DNA from: Octopus bimaculoides
Lineage: Eukaryota
Reading direction: 5' to 3'
Assembly (NCBI RefSeq): GCF_001194135.2
Contig: NC_068988.1
Location: 16,688,016 to 16,752,015 of the forward strand
Length of the DNA stretch: 64,000 nt
Shown: one piece after another, positions 12,531-25,230 of the stretch
How the letters are laid out: each line of letters starts with the position of its first letter
Numbering within the stretch: position 1 is the first letter of the stretch
Notes under the pieces: model-generated
What the model was told of the DNA's origin: nothing
Database searches by the model: none
Seen by the model: only the letters and a program-made list of their open reading frames with translations
Translations under genes and position numbers: made by a program

Positions 12531-14775
12531 TACCCTCGACCATCCAATTCATATTTTCTAAGTGTATAATCATCATCTAACCATTTACTCGAGTATGACA
12601 CGCCACTCGTTACTTTTCCCCGTTTTTTCTTTTGTTTTTGTAGAACGAAATTAGATTGTTTGATCATCAGAGAATTCCACCTAAGTGCGCACTTATATTT
12701 ATTTAAAGGATTTCTCGCTATTATAACATTTTCCATTTGGTTCTACTACTCTCAGAAAGATTTACATATGCTTTTGTGTTACCAAAATTATGATTCCCTA
12801 TACTTCAGTTTACGGCCCCTGTGAATGGAACAGATAATTATGCAAAATGATTGTGTATTTTAAATAGTCTCAAATTGTTTTTGTTTTTTTTTATTACTGA
12901 TGTGTCTTGTTCCAGAAATCATAACTTTTGTTGCTAGTGATATTTCGTTTAAAAGGAAATGGACCCAGTCATTATTTCGGCATTCCCCACTAGTTACTTC
13001 TTGCACACTAAGTCTGTGTTTACTAGTTTATCACTTAGCCTGCGTTTATCAATGTGTCATAATAAATATGTAAATGGTATAAGAAAAACAGTGAGAATAA
13101 GCCATGTAAATCTGAGGTATTAACGTATCTTCTCGTATCATTAATTAAATAAGAACTTAATGCGGACATTAGCCAATTCAAAACGAAATTCATATTATTG
13201 ACACTATGTAAAAGAAGTAAACTTGGGATTTAGAACATTAAAGATAGCCATCATTAAATGCATTAGATGATTATGAAATACTTCACTAATAACGAACAAG
13301 TAATTCATAAAATCTCATTTACTAGAATATTAATAACACACAAATTACCAAATGGAGATCGTCAATACGTCGGAAAAAAATGATCAGATCTTACAATTTG
13401 GTAAATGGCTAAAACTGAAAATTAGTTAGGAGATACATAGTCTCAAGAAGATTATTTATTTACGAAAAAGATCAGAATCAATAAACGAGCGAAAATACGT
13501 GTAATGTCTATAAAAGCAAGTGGATTGCAATATTACAACCATTGAAATATGTTAAATGCTGGTTACATCACTGTACTAATTTTTATGTCAATATAAAACG
13601 AAAAACGCGTGGAATAAGTTCAAAGGTCGTTTATTTTTTATTTGATAAATCCCTATATAGTTTGAGAAATACAGTTATTATTAAAATACGTAAAATATAT
13701 GTTCTCTTCTAATATGTTTCCATCCACGCAATCTAGTAACACATAAGTCTCTTTGTGTTAATATGATATTGGATTTGTTCTCAATATAAGAATGATCAAA
13801 ACCATTATTATTTATAGTTGAACGAATATCTCGGTTTTATTTTATGAACGTCTGTTTCTTTTTTTCCATATGTATATACACAGTCCATAATACTTTGCAC
13901 AAATGTATATTGTTTCACTGTATTATTTGCTTTGGAAATTATTTTATCATATCACGCATTTTACGTCTTTCTTTTGATATGACTCCATCGTACTTTCACT
14001 GTTTCCTCTCAAATCTCTTACAGATGATAGAATGTGTGTCTTTGCATGGATGAACCAAATATTCGTGTTTATACGTCTGCACGCATGAACGTACACAAAA
14101 CGAATGCACATTCACAAGCACACAAGTACATGGATACAAAAACATTTATTTATACAAACTGCGCATATTCGAAATGTTTCAAAATATATAATGTGTGCAA
14201 TATTTATTAACATGTAAGCTTACATATAAAATATTAATATATTATATGGAAAATAATTTTCATCCTTTGCAACTACATTTTCATTGTGGTAAAATGATAT
14301 TGAGATTAAATAAACATACAAAATTATATTTTCTAAACTAATTTTACTTATTACAATCTTCACGAGAAAAGTTATTTCAAATATAGATTTTAAGTTATTT
14401 TCATATTAAAATCGTTTAAAAAGATAAATTTATTTCATCGCACAGTACTGCCAAATTTTCTTGGCACTGGATATTGTCAATTTTCTACATGTCCAGGTAA
14501 GAATATAGAGAATATGCCAATTTTCGTGCTCGCTATTCTGTTTTCCTTGTTTATTTGGTTGTCATTTTGTTACATAGCAAACTTGTTTTGGTCTTTTGAT
14601 AGTCATCGTTATACCAGCACTTGCATTTATCATGAGTAATTAATTTCTTGGTATTTTTAACCTAGTCTGTAATCATACAAAGACTTTTATAAAGTTTAGG
14701 GATATTACTGTGGAGTTGTTAGTGGCATTAACCCCGACTGGTATTCCTGAGACGCATAATGCCACAAGACGTTAA

Positions 14776-15109
14776 GGCCCATGACTCAGTGGTTAGAGCG
14801 TCGAACTTACGATCATGAGGTTGTGAGTTCAAATCCCGGACCGGGCTGCGTATTGTGTTCTTCAGCAAGACACTTTATTTCGCGTTGCTCCAGTTCATAC
14901 AGCTGTAGAAACGAATTGCGACGTCACAGGTGCTAAGCTGTATCGGCCCCTTTGCCTTTCTCTTGGATAACACTGGTTGCGTGGAGAGGGGAGGCTGGTA
15001 TGCCTGGGAGACTGCTGGTCTTCCATAAACGACATTGTCCGGACTTGTGCCTGAGAGGGTAACTTTCTAGGTGCAATCCCATGGTCAGTTATGACCGAGA
15101 GGGGGTTTC
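14776..15109 (+). mobile_element. SINE family D, full length (tRNA head plus CORE-like centre)
   Basis: A box TGACTCAGTGG, B box GAGTTCAAATCC, then GTGTTCTTCAGCAAGACACTT...GCTCCAGTTCATACAGCTGT; second copy at 58432-58675. Confidence 0.85.
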
Positions 15110-15884
15110 AGCAGAACATATATATATATATATATATANNNNNNNNNNNNNNNNNNNNNNNNNNNNNNNNNNNNNNNNNNNNNNNNNNNNNNNNNNNNNN
15201 NNNNNNNNNNNNNNNNNNNNNNNNNNNNNNNNNNNNNNNNNNNNNNNNNNNNNNNNNNNNNNNNNNNNNNNNNNNNNNNNNNNNNNNNNNNNNNNNNNNN
15301 NNNNNNNNNNNNNNNNNNNNNNNNNNNNNNNNNNNNNNNNNNNNNNNNNNNNNNNNNNNNNNNNNNNNNNNNNNNNNNNNNNNNNNNNNNNNNNNNNNNN
15401 NNNNNNNNNNNNNNNNNNNNNNNNNNNNNNNNNNNNNNNNNNNNNNNNNNNNNNNNNNNNNNNNNNNNNNNNNNNNNNNNNNNNNNNNNNNNNNNNNNNN
15501 NNNNNNNNNNNNNNNNNNNNNNNNNNNNNNNNNNNNNNNNNNNNNNNNNNNNNNNNNNNNNNNNNNNNNNNNNNNNNNNNNNNNNNNNNNNNNNNNNNNN
15601 NNNNNNNNNNNNNNNNNNNNNNNNNNNNNNNNNNNNNNNNNNNNNNNNNNNNNNNNNNNNNNNNNNNNNNNNNNNNNNNNNNNNNNNNNNNNNNNNNNNN
15701 NNNNNNNNNNNNNNNNNNNNNNNNNNNNNNNNNNNNNNNNNNNNNNNNNNNNNNNNNNNNNNNNNNNNNNNNNNNNNNNNNNNNNNNNNNNNNNNNNNNN
15801 NNNNNNNNNNNNNNNNNNNNNNNNNNNNNNNNNNNNNNNNNNNNNNNNNNNNNNNNNNNNNNNNNNNNNNNNNNNNNNNNNNNN

Positions 15885-15931
<47 letters not shown>

Positions 15932-16308
15932 AATATATATGTAAAAATATGTGTATGTATATGTGTGTGTGTCTGTGTGTGTACATATGTATATACGAGA
16001 AATAAGCATCAACACAACGTTATATTATAGTTCCTACGCGCGTTTCGCCACTACAGTTGTTTAGACCCCTGCAGTATATGTTGGAAATGCATTTAGATGC
16101 TCAATCACTACAGTCACCAGGACACACTTATTACATTATGTTAAACCTATACCACTTGTTTAACAACTATATAGGAAGCACGCTGGTATATCATAATACA
16201 CCTGGTGCTCTAAACATAATAGTAACAGTCGTAAATGTGTTTGTACGCACAATTTCTACACACGCAGACGCACATGCGCAAAAGCATACACATACATGTA
16301 TATATCAC

Positions 16309-16573
16309 GTGACCGACCAGACTATCTAATGTTGTTATACATCACTGGTCCCAATGCGCTTTGTATCGTTTTAGCTTTCGAATGACGCCACCTCGTTGGC
16401 TAAGTGAATAGGCCAACTGCCCTTCATATTGGAAAGCTAGTCCACCAGAGGGTTAGCCATTTACTGGTGAATGAACTGAAGCAACGGGAATTTATGTGAT
16501 TTGCACAAGATTCGAACCCATGGCTTAGCGATCGTGATTACAACACGCTAATCACTAGGTCACGAGCCTTCAC
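16309..16573 (-). mobile_element. SINE family E (tRNA head, CORE-like centre, distinct tail)
   Basis: Minus strand GTGAAGGCTCGTGACCTAGTGATTAG...GGGTTCGAATC then GTTGCTTCAGTTCATTCACCAGTAAATGG. Confidence 0.7.
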
Positions 16574-17166
16574 ACACAGAGCAACACACACACACACACA
16601 AACACACCCACACACACACATACACACACACACACTCGCACACGTATATAATATATATATATTTATTTATTTAACTAATGTAAAGTACATATGATATCAC
16701 TCTCCGATACGTAATCATACGTCTTGCTCACTGAGTGTTAATAGACTATCTCAACTGAGAAGGTCTGTGTTCTTTTGGGAATACACATTTTGATCGTAAT
16801 TTATATTTACTCACTTGGTGACCCGAATAATCGCTGTGAATTATTTGTTTACGTTACTTATCGTCAAGAGGTTTCATGCAATTAAAACCATTTTGTGTAC
16901 CGCATTCAGCAGACCCATCAATATTATACACAAACATATATAAGTGCGTATTGATGGGTGTATACGAATCTATGCAGCATTTAAATGCAAAGCTGTCTAT
17001 TGAATTAATATTGTGTAGCAGAATTTTTCTTTTATTTTGTCTTTGGCCAGTAAGTGTTTCTTCCCATTCGATTCTATCTAGAAATCAAAGGAATTGACAA
17101 ATATTCCCTTCAAACATTGCTTTTGTGTCGTGGACATTAATGCTTTGAAAGTGATCTTCTTTCCAT

Positions 17167-17500
17167 TACATTTCAGACAAATTCGGTGCAAAATTGTGGA
17201 AGCAGAAATGTCGTTATACCACATATTCTGCCCGATACCACAGATTTGCTTGCCAGTTGTTTGACCTTACCCACGTGAGCATGTCCCTTAGTGGCTGAAA
17301 ATATATGCAACTATTATTCTGAGCATGGGAAGTGGGGGAACATCATAGCCATATGTCGAGAGGGATTCTTGGGGGGTTTTAATGTATGTAACAAAAGCAA
17401 ATTTGAAGGAAATATTAGCCACTTTTCATAATCTCTAGAGGTAAGAAGTTAAGAAATAACTGGCTACCCAAGGACAAAAATCGTGTTACACAGTCTCAGA
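17167..17500. repeat. Unclassified interspersed repeat J, about 330 bp
   Basis: Collinear with the reverse complement of 56890-57225 (GAGCATGTCCCTTAG, AAAAATCGTGTTACACAGT) and 44905-44979. Confidence 0.8.
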
Positions 17501-18259
17501 TATTCCCAGTTGTTTATGTAAAGCAAATGTTTGACGTTCTGAGCAAGTTAGTGATAACTGAAGTTTTGTTCGAGTCTTCAAAGAAACCTACATATTACTC
17601 GCCATTTGCACAGAAATAAATGTCGGGAGATTTTCGGTGCAACAAATATTTTTAGTAAGTATCTGCTTTCAAAGTAATACAAAAATTGGAATTGTATGAC
17701 ATCCCTCTGTTTTCAGCATGCATGAGAGTCGTATATTAACTGCGGTGGGGTACTTCGTTTTACTCTATAGAATCTATGCAGATGAAGCCTTCTTTGCCAT
17801 CGGAAATGTTCTGTTCCAGTGGCGGACAATGTAAATATTGTTCTAGAAGTGTTCTACTTAATACTACTTTACTCAATATCTTTCTTGAGTATTAATGCGA
17901 GTTATAAGAAACTTGAATATCAAGTCTGTTATCAAATTGTCTTGGAAACGGACTTCATTGGGTCTCATAATATAAATTATGTATATCGGCGAGTGACTAA
18001 ATTTCATGACGCTGGAAGAAAAAAAGAAAAATAATATTTAAGTAGTGGAATAGAAATCAATTTATTCCAACTAGTGAATTAGTGATTATAAAACTGTTAC
18101 ATTTCTCTCGCTTTGAAACTAAAGATGACTAATACAAACCAATTTGAATTTTTAGTAATTGAACACACACATATCCGCCCGCGCGCAAACACGCGTGCAC
18201 GTACACATACAAATGTCAATGTGTGTATGCTTCTATGTATTTATGTATAACATTCTGCT

Positions 18260-18705
18260 TGTTGTGTTGGCACTCCGTCGCTTACGACGTCGAGGGTTCC
18301 AGTTGATCCGATCAACAGAACAGCCTGCTCGTGAAATTAACGTGTAAGTGGCTGAGCANNNNNNNNNNTGATCCGATCAACAGAACAGCCTGCTCGTGAA
18401 ATTAACGTGTAAGTGGCTGAGCACTCCACAGACACGTGTACCCATAACGTAGTTCTCAGGGATATTCAGTGTGAAACAGTATGACAAGGCTGACCCTTTT
18501 GAATTACAGGCACAACAGAAACAGGAAGTAAGAGTGAGAGAAAGTTGTGGTGAAAGAGTACAGCAGGGTTCGCCACCATCCCTTACCGGAGTCTCATGGA
18601 GGTTTTCGCTCAATAAACACTCACAACGCCCGGTCTAAGAATCGAAACCGCGATCCTATGACCGCGAGTCCTCTGCCCTAACCGCTGGGCCAATGCGCCT
18701 CCACA
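18260..18705 (-). mobile_element. SINE family A, full length with 11-bp TSD
   Basis: TSD AACATTCTGCT at 18249-18259 and 18706-18716; A/B boxes; CAA-like 3' end. The internal duplicate across the 10-N gap is probably an assembly overlap. Confidence 0.92.
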
Positions 18706-19950
18706 AACATTCTGCTACATTTTTTTTTATCTTAAGAATAACGGTCATCTTAAATTTAAGTTAAATTTTATAATGCTAGCATATCAGGCATTGATATATA
18801 ACTGGTATTAGTTTTCACAGAATCGACTATTTAAAAGCCGACATGATAACGTCTTTACAATAGGCATTGTATTTTCGTTAGATTCGTTCTCATGTTAAAG
18901 TCATTAACGATATGTAAATATGTTTATACTAAAAAAAAATATGCTTAAAAACATTATACAACGTGTATTATTCGGATTGCATTATCTTTCAAGGGACCCA
19001 TTTAAAAACAAAAGTATATGAAGTAAAATACATTAAATGCGAAGTTGCATTACATATATACACGAAAATTATCACCTTCGATAATAGAACAACTTAACAG
19101 TGACATAGAACAATACAGCCGTGAAATGATGTAGTTCGAAAGGTATTCTTCTTATCTGACAAGACAGGGAGTAAGTTTCTGGCATTTGTAGAAACTAATC
19201 ATGGTAATTTATTCAACTGATGATCTGGAGAATAGAAGAACAAGACAATTCTTAATTACTCACAGATCAACGAACCTTTGTGTGTATATATGCAATTTCG
19301 TACATAATTTCTTGCTGTAGCGAACACAGTGAGGTACATCGTGCAAAAATTCCTACAATCAAATATCTATTAATACAGGCGCCAAACATTTTAGAAAAGT
19401 TATCAAAAATTACTACTTTCTCTCGCCACAGAATAATTTTTACTTATCTGCGCAATGGCTGCAACAATATATAATTATTGTTTCTAGAGAGAGAGAGAGA
19501 GAAAACTATGGTGTTGCAATATAAGTGTGTTTCTCAAGAGAATTGGCGATATACGTAAAGTGAAACAGTTATAAGACGAAATGATAACTTTAACCAATAC
19601 GATATCTTTAATCCAACACATAGCCACAATGAAATACTAACTCACTGTAAACTGAGAAGCTACGATTTTAAACAAGGAATTATATTTTTAGATACACGCA
19701 GACGCACGTACGTCCTTATATCTACGATGTTCGTCGAAAACCAATTGCTTATCGGCACGAATCCGCTGTATGACTTTGAGATTCGTCTTTCTTATAAGAC
19801 TCAGGTGAATCCCGAGAGTGAGGTTTCGACGATGAAACCTATATCGAAATCATTCCTTTAATACAATTATAGATTGAACTCTGGCTGAATGCAATGTCAA
19901 AACACATGTGTCAAGTGTTGAATAAGTTTTGTATACGTTCCATAATACGA

Positions 19951-19990
<40 letters not shown>

Positions 19991-20856
19991 TCAGTTGTCG
20001 TTTTTCTTCTTTCCTCTCACGTCCCTTTATGTTGTTTACATCGAATAAGGCCGCCTTGAAAACATACAAAGAAACAGCAAGCAGATAAATGTGCACGTAC
20101 CACTGGAGACGAACACCGATGCTTCATGTGATACGCCCGATACTTGTTGAGAGACTCCAATCAAATGAAACCCATGGTAGACTTAACCCATAAGTATATA
20201 TATGTATATATGCACTCACACACATACACGTGCAAACACACACATACACACTCTCACACATGTGCACTCACGAGCACAAATGCAAATGCAAAAGCATGTG
20301 CATATAACGATACACCTCATAGAAGAACAGAATGGACTAAGTGGAGCAGGTGCGCACGCGAGGAGGGAAAGTGTCGCTGATGTGTGACGAAAGATTTCCT
20401 GACAATGGGCATCAGTTAAAATAAGAGCAGTAACAAACGAGTGAAGAACGGATATATAGTGCGTGTGTTTATTTGTAAAAAAAGAAAAATGACCATCCAG
20501 AAATACAACAGGATCACGAGACTGATTCTGTTTCGAGCTATTTGTCCCCTCCTCAGTCGCGAGCACCTGCATGCCAGAGCGATAGCCAGAGTCCCCTAAC
20601 GCTAGTAATATATTATGCACAAAGTGATCATCGGTCACTAATTTGCAACAAGTAAAATAGCTAGTTGTAAGACCTCAAGTTGATACAGAGAGTAACTGTA
20701 CTAAACAGTAAAGTCAATCGCCAAACCAACGTGTCTGTTGAGTGTTACTAATAGTTTAACCCCCCAGCAGAATCTCCGCCAGCTGGTTATCTGTGCAACT
20801 CTGAACCCTTTATATGATATATATTGTTAGCAGGGGAAGCAAATCCTACCACCCCC

Positions 20857-21995
20857 TATTATTGTTATTGTAGTTTCTGTTGTTGTTGTTGCTGTTTAGG
20901 TTGATATTTACTTTAAATCTGTATAGTTGTTGCAATCAGTTGCGAAGACATAACCTGCGTCTTGGAGCAAGTCAAGTTTAAGAGACGCTACAATGTAACT
21001 AAATGTTTGGCGTTATAGCTGTAGCGAAGTACCTCCATATAATACAACACAGACATTTGAATTGATAGGTCTTCTAAGGATCTATGTAGTACTAGTCAGC
21101 ACAATATTTTCGATTTTCGTGAAACAGGGTTCTCCTGAGAAATTGTCTAGATGTTTCTGTCATTTAATTTTTATCATACATAGAGGGCCTACAATAACCG
21201 GGCAGGTTTTTGCATAAACTGTCACATCCTTTATCTTTCAATTTCCAGGTTCTTATATTTACTAAGTTTGTTAAATTCCTTTATAGAAGCTTTATTGTTA
21301 TCAATGGGAAAACTGTTAGTCTACATCTATTTTCTTCCTAGTCTTTAATAATTACGTTTGGTCGATTAGCCTGGATCATTCATTTAATGTTGTCTGGAAA
21401 ATCCCAGAGGATGGCGACATTTTTACCTACAAAGAGTGGTTCAGGATGATGCTCATACCAGTTAGTAGGACTGTCTAGTCTATCGTGGCAAATTTTGTAT
21501 TCGTTTGGTGTTAGCATAGGACATCCTGAAACAAGATGGTCTATTGTTTTATGAAATGTTTCGCAGAATTTGCATTTAGAGTCAGTACCATTTTGAAGAT
21601 CAATAGCCTGATAATTTCTGGTAAGCAAGCTTTGACGGTATGCCGCCAGTATGAAGACTTTAGGCTCTGCTTTCAATCCTGAATTTCTCAGACGCTGATG
21701 GCTTGTTGCATGATCTACATCAGCATATTGATTTCGAAAAATATATTGCTCCTTTAGGGTTTTCTGAGCCCCGCCGCTCCTCAAATTGTTTCTACCCGTT
21801 CTTTTTAGCAGTCAGCTTGATATCTTTTGCTTCCTTGGTGGCAGTGGTTTCAGCTTCTTTATCTAATTCCGGGTTAATGCCAAATTCCATCGCTACTTTA
21901 TAAGCTTCCTTGACAATAAAACGTGACGTTTAGCTGCTTTCATGTTCGCACAAAAGTCGTAGCATCCAGTCCTTATACTAGATAAGTGCCAGTAC
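20857..21995 (-). mobile_element. 5'-truncated, decayed R4/Dong-clade LINE (CCHC finger plus restriction-like endonuclease plus 3' UTR)
   Basis: Translation: DWMLRLLCEHE..IVKEAYK..AKDIKLTAK; FILAAYRQSLLTRNYQ..KCKFCETFHKTIDHLVSGCPML..EYKICHD; WYEHHPEP..ILWDFP; ANRPNVIIKD; KEFNKLSKYKNLEIE; IVLTSTT*ILRR. The 3' end is a degenerate (CAA/TAA)n tail. Confidence 0.88.
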
Positions 21996-22011
21996 CTTAT
22001 CTTATTAGTAT

Positions 22012-22082
22012 AGTAATAATAATAATAGTAATAGTAATAATAATAATAATAATAATAATTATTATTATTATTATTATTATTA
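22012..22082. repeat. (AAT)n abutting (ATT)n, a self-complementary triplet tract
   Basis: Direct reading. Confidence 0.9.
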
Positions 22083-22162
22083 GCTCTGAATTTTTTATTG
22101 GTAGTTTCAGATTTCCCAGTTAATTATTTGAAATATATATACATTCATACTTACATATATAT

Positions 22163-22195
<33 letters not shown>

Positions 22196-23099
22196 CANNN
22201 NNNNNNNNNNNNNNNNNNNNNNNNNNNNNNNNNNNNNNNNNNNNNNNNNNNNNNNNNNNNNNNNNNNNNNNNNNNNNNNNNNNNNNNNNNNNNNNNNNNN
22301 NNNNNNNNNNNNNNNNNNNNTATATTGGAAGGTTTGGAGGTGATGTACAGGAATTATGTATTAGAAAAAATAATAATCAGGTACTCAGATGTCTGGATGG
22401 TTGTATACTTACAGACTTTTATTCATATGTCACATGTTTTATAAATTGGCGCTTTCACCTTGCCTTGTAGGTTTAGAAAATTTTGAGTACACCTTGAGAG
22501 AATGTTCCTTTTTATAGTATTATATATATAGTCAATCCAAACATGATCAAAGAAGAAAAAACAACGACGCGAGGACGTGGAATAAGTACAGTGTTATTGG
22601 GCACTCGGGAAAGGAAACAAAAGAAAGAGGAGTGCAAGAGAAGGAGGTATGTGTGTGTGGGGGTATGTGCGTGCGCACAGGTCTGTGTATGCGTGGGTAT
22701 GTGTGTGTGTATGTAATAGCACGTGTATGTGCGTGTGTATGTGTATGTGTATGTGTGTGGCTGGACTTAGTATCGTTTAAGGTAATAGGAAGAATTTATT
22801 GTAGGAATTTTGGTAGGGGTGGCTGTCTGTTGTGTCTACCTACACATGTGCGTAGGAGAATGGTCAGTAGAAAGGTACTGGTTGTTTGAAGTATGCGCGT
22901 GCGTGTATGTATATGTAGTGTGTGTGTGTGTTTTGTTTGCAGTGTACGTGTGGGTGAATGTATGTATGTGTGCATATGTGCGTGTGTGTGTATGTGTGCG
23001 TGTGTGTGTATGTGTGTGTGCGTGTGCATTTTGTTCGTGCATGTGCGTGTGTATGTGTGTTTGTGCATGTGTGCGTGAACGAGGGCTTGTGTAGGGTAT

Positions 23100-23171
23100 C
23101 GCAGGAGTGGCTGTGTGGAAAGTAGCTTGCTTACGAACCACATGGTTCCGGGTTCATTCCCACTGCGTGGC
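23100..23171 (+). mobile_element. SINE family B 5' head (rest in gap)
   Basis: GCAGGAGTGGCTGTGTGGAAAGTAGCTTGCTTACGAACCACATGGTTCCGGGTTCATTCCCACTGCGTGGC is nearly identical to the head at 40174. Confidence 0.88.
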
Positions 23172-24448
23172 NNNNNNNNNNNNNNNNNNNNNNNNNNNNN
23201 NNNNNNNNNNNNNNNNNNNNNNNNNNNNNNNNNNNNNNNNNNNNNNNNNNNNNNNNNNNNNNNNNNNNNNNNNNNNNNNNNNNNNNNNNNNNNNNNNNNN
23301 NNNNNNNNNNNNNNNNNNNNNNNNNNNNNNNNNNNNNNNNNNNNNNNNNNNNNNNNNNNNNNNNNNNNNNNNNNNNNNNNNNNNNNNNNNNNNNNNNNNN
23401 NNNNNNNNNNNNNNNNNNNNNNNNNNNNNNNNNNNNNNNNNNNNNNNNNNNNNNNNNNNNNNNNNNNNNNNNNNNNNNNNNNNNNNNNNNNNNNNNNNNN
23501 NNNNNNNNNNNNNNNNNNNNNNNNNNNNNNNNNNNNNNNNNNNNNNNNNNNNNNNNNNNNNNNNNNNNNNNNNNNNNNNNNNNNNNNNNNNNNNNNNNNN
23601 NNNNNNNNNNNNNNNNNNNNNNNNNNNNNNNNNNNNNNNNNNNNNNNNNNNNNNNNNNNTATATATATATATATATATTCATATGACGACTGACTTACAA
23701 CTTGCTGAGCTTCTCATCTTGTTTCCAACATACATCCTCGTTTTATCAACTCCACATTGAATAATAGTGCCTTCCCACTTCAATTAATCTTTTATAATCA
23801 ATACTACTCGTATATACTATAAGAATATAATAAATACTTAGCTTCTCCATAAACGCTTAGAATAGAAAAAAAAAAACAATTTCGTTTTCCTCTTTATTTA
23901 TTGTGCTTTCACAAATTTTGGGTTCTGAGTCTACAACGAACGATCACTGTAGACGCAGAATTAATATTTCGCCCAACTGTCGTATTAGCTAACTGCCATA
24001 AAATCTCATTTTTGAGTCTTAGGAAAATAAGCTATCGAAACTGTGTTCCCGGATTTACTCGACATTAACTTAAGGAAGAGTGAAAACAGGAATTTCTAAT
24101 AACTTTGTCAGAACTCTTCTTTTTCCAAATATTTTGTAATATAATATGTTCACATTCTGTAGTTTAAAGATTTCCTTTCGCAAATTACCATTTTTTTTGG
24201 TTTCGTGTTTCATATAGTTCTTATATAACATAACAGCCAACATAGAAATATGTAGAAAGCAAAACAAAACAATTGAGTTTGCTTCTATGACATTCAGTAA
24301 CATGCTTTCCCTCGACAAAAAATAAATATGTTATATAAGTAAAATCTCATATCACCTGAGACTGCCTAACACTATTTAGTATTATTTACTATACATACAG
24401 GACTCGACAGCAATTTTTAATCTAATACTTGAACGATTATTACGTACC

Positions 24449-24481
<33 letters not shown>

Positions 24482-25187
24482 TGTATGTATGTATGTATAA
24501 GGAAACGCTTCTGCGATTTCAAGTCAAATTTATCTATAGATGTGCCTATAGTTGGAGCTTCACCTCTTTCACCTTTTGTATACACTTTATAAAGAGGTCT
24601 ATTTAAATCTATCTGGATAATAGCAGAGCACTACTCCTTGAAGAAATATACAGCTGCCTTTCTTTGTCAGCCATAGCGCACAAAAATGTACGAAATGGTT
24701 TGTAGTAATTGTACAAAGAGAAGACACAAACGTACAAAATGATTTGTGAGAATGAATATTTGAATTAATATTTTGAATCAGATTCGTATATACTTCCTGT
24801 TTCACGGAGTAAAAAGTAAGTTCGAAGTGTTCGACATTTTAATCGCAAGTAATCAACGGGTCTACATGGAATCGAATATAACTTATTGATGAAAAAAAAT
24901 ATATATCGTCTCATCTAGTCCATCGATTCACGCAGCGCAACTTCATAATTACGAACATTCACAGTTTTATACGAAGTATTTGAGAGAAATTGCTAAATGA
25001 ACAGAATCTATTAAGCATCCAATAACAACGAGACACATTTATATTCGTTAGCTTCTCATCAATTAAATGTGCTTAATGGAACAATGAAATTTTAAGTAAT
25101 GGAATTCGTAACCAAACACTTGATAAAATTACTAACACACATACACACACATGCCTACATCTGTCTATATACATATATATATATACC

Positions 25188-25230
<43 letters not shown>

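Noticed and set aside
18299-18425. Tandem duplication of about 55 bp inside SINE A
   Set aside because: Identical copies flank a 10-N gap, the typical pattern of an unmerged contig overlap.
20490-20640. Protein-like plus frame DHPEIQQDHETDSVSSYLSPPQSRAPACQ
   Set aside because: Short, with no credible acceptor or donor and no recognised homology.
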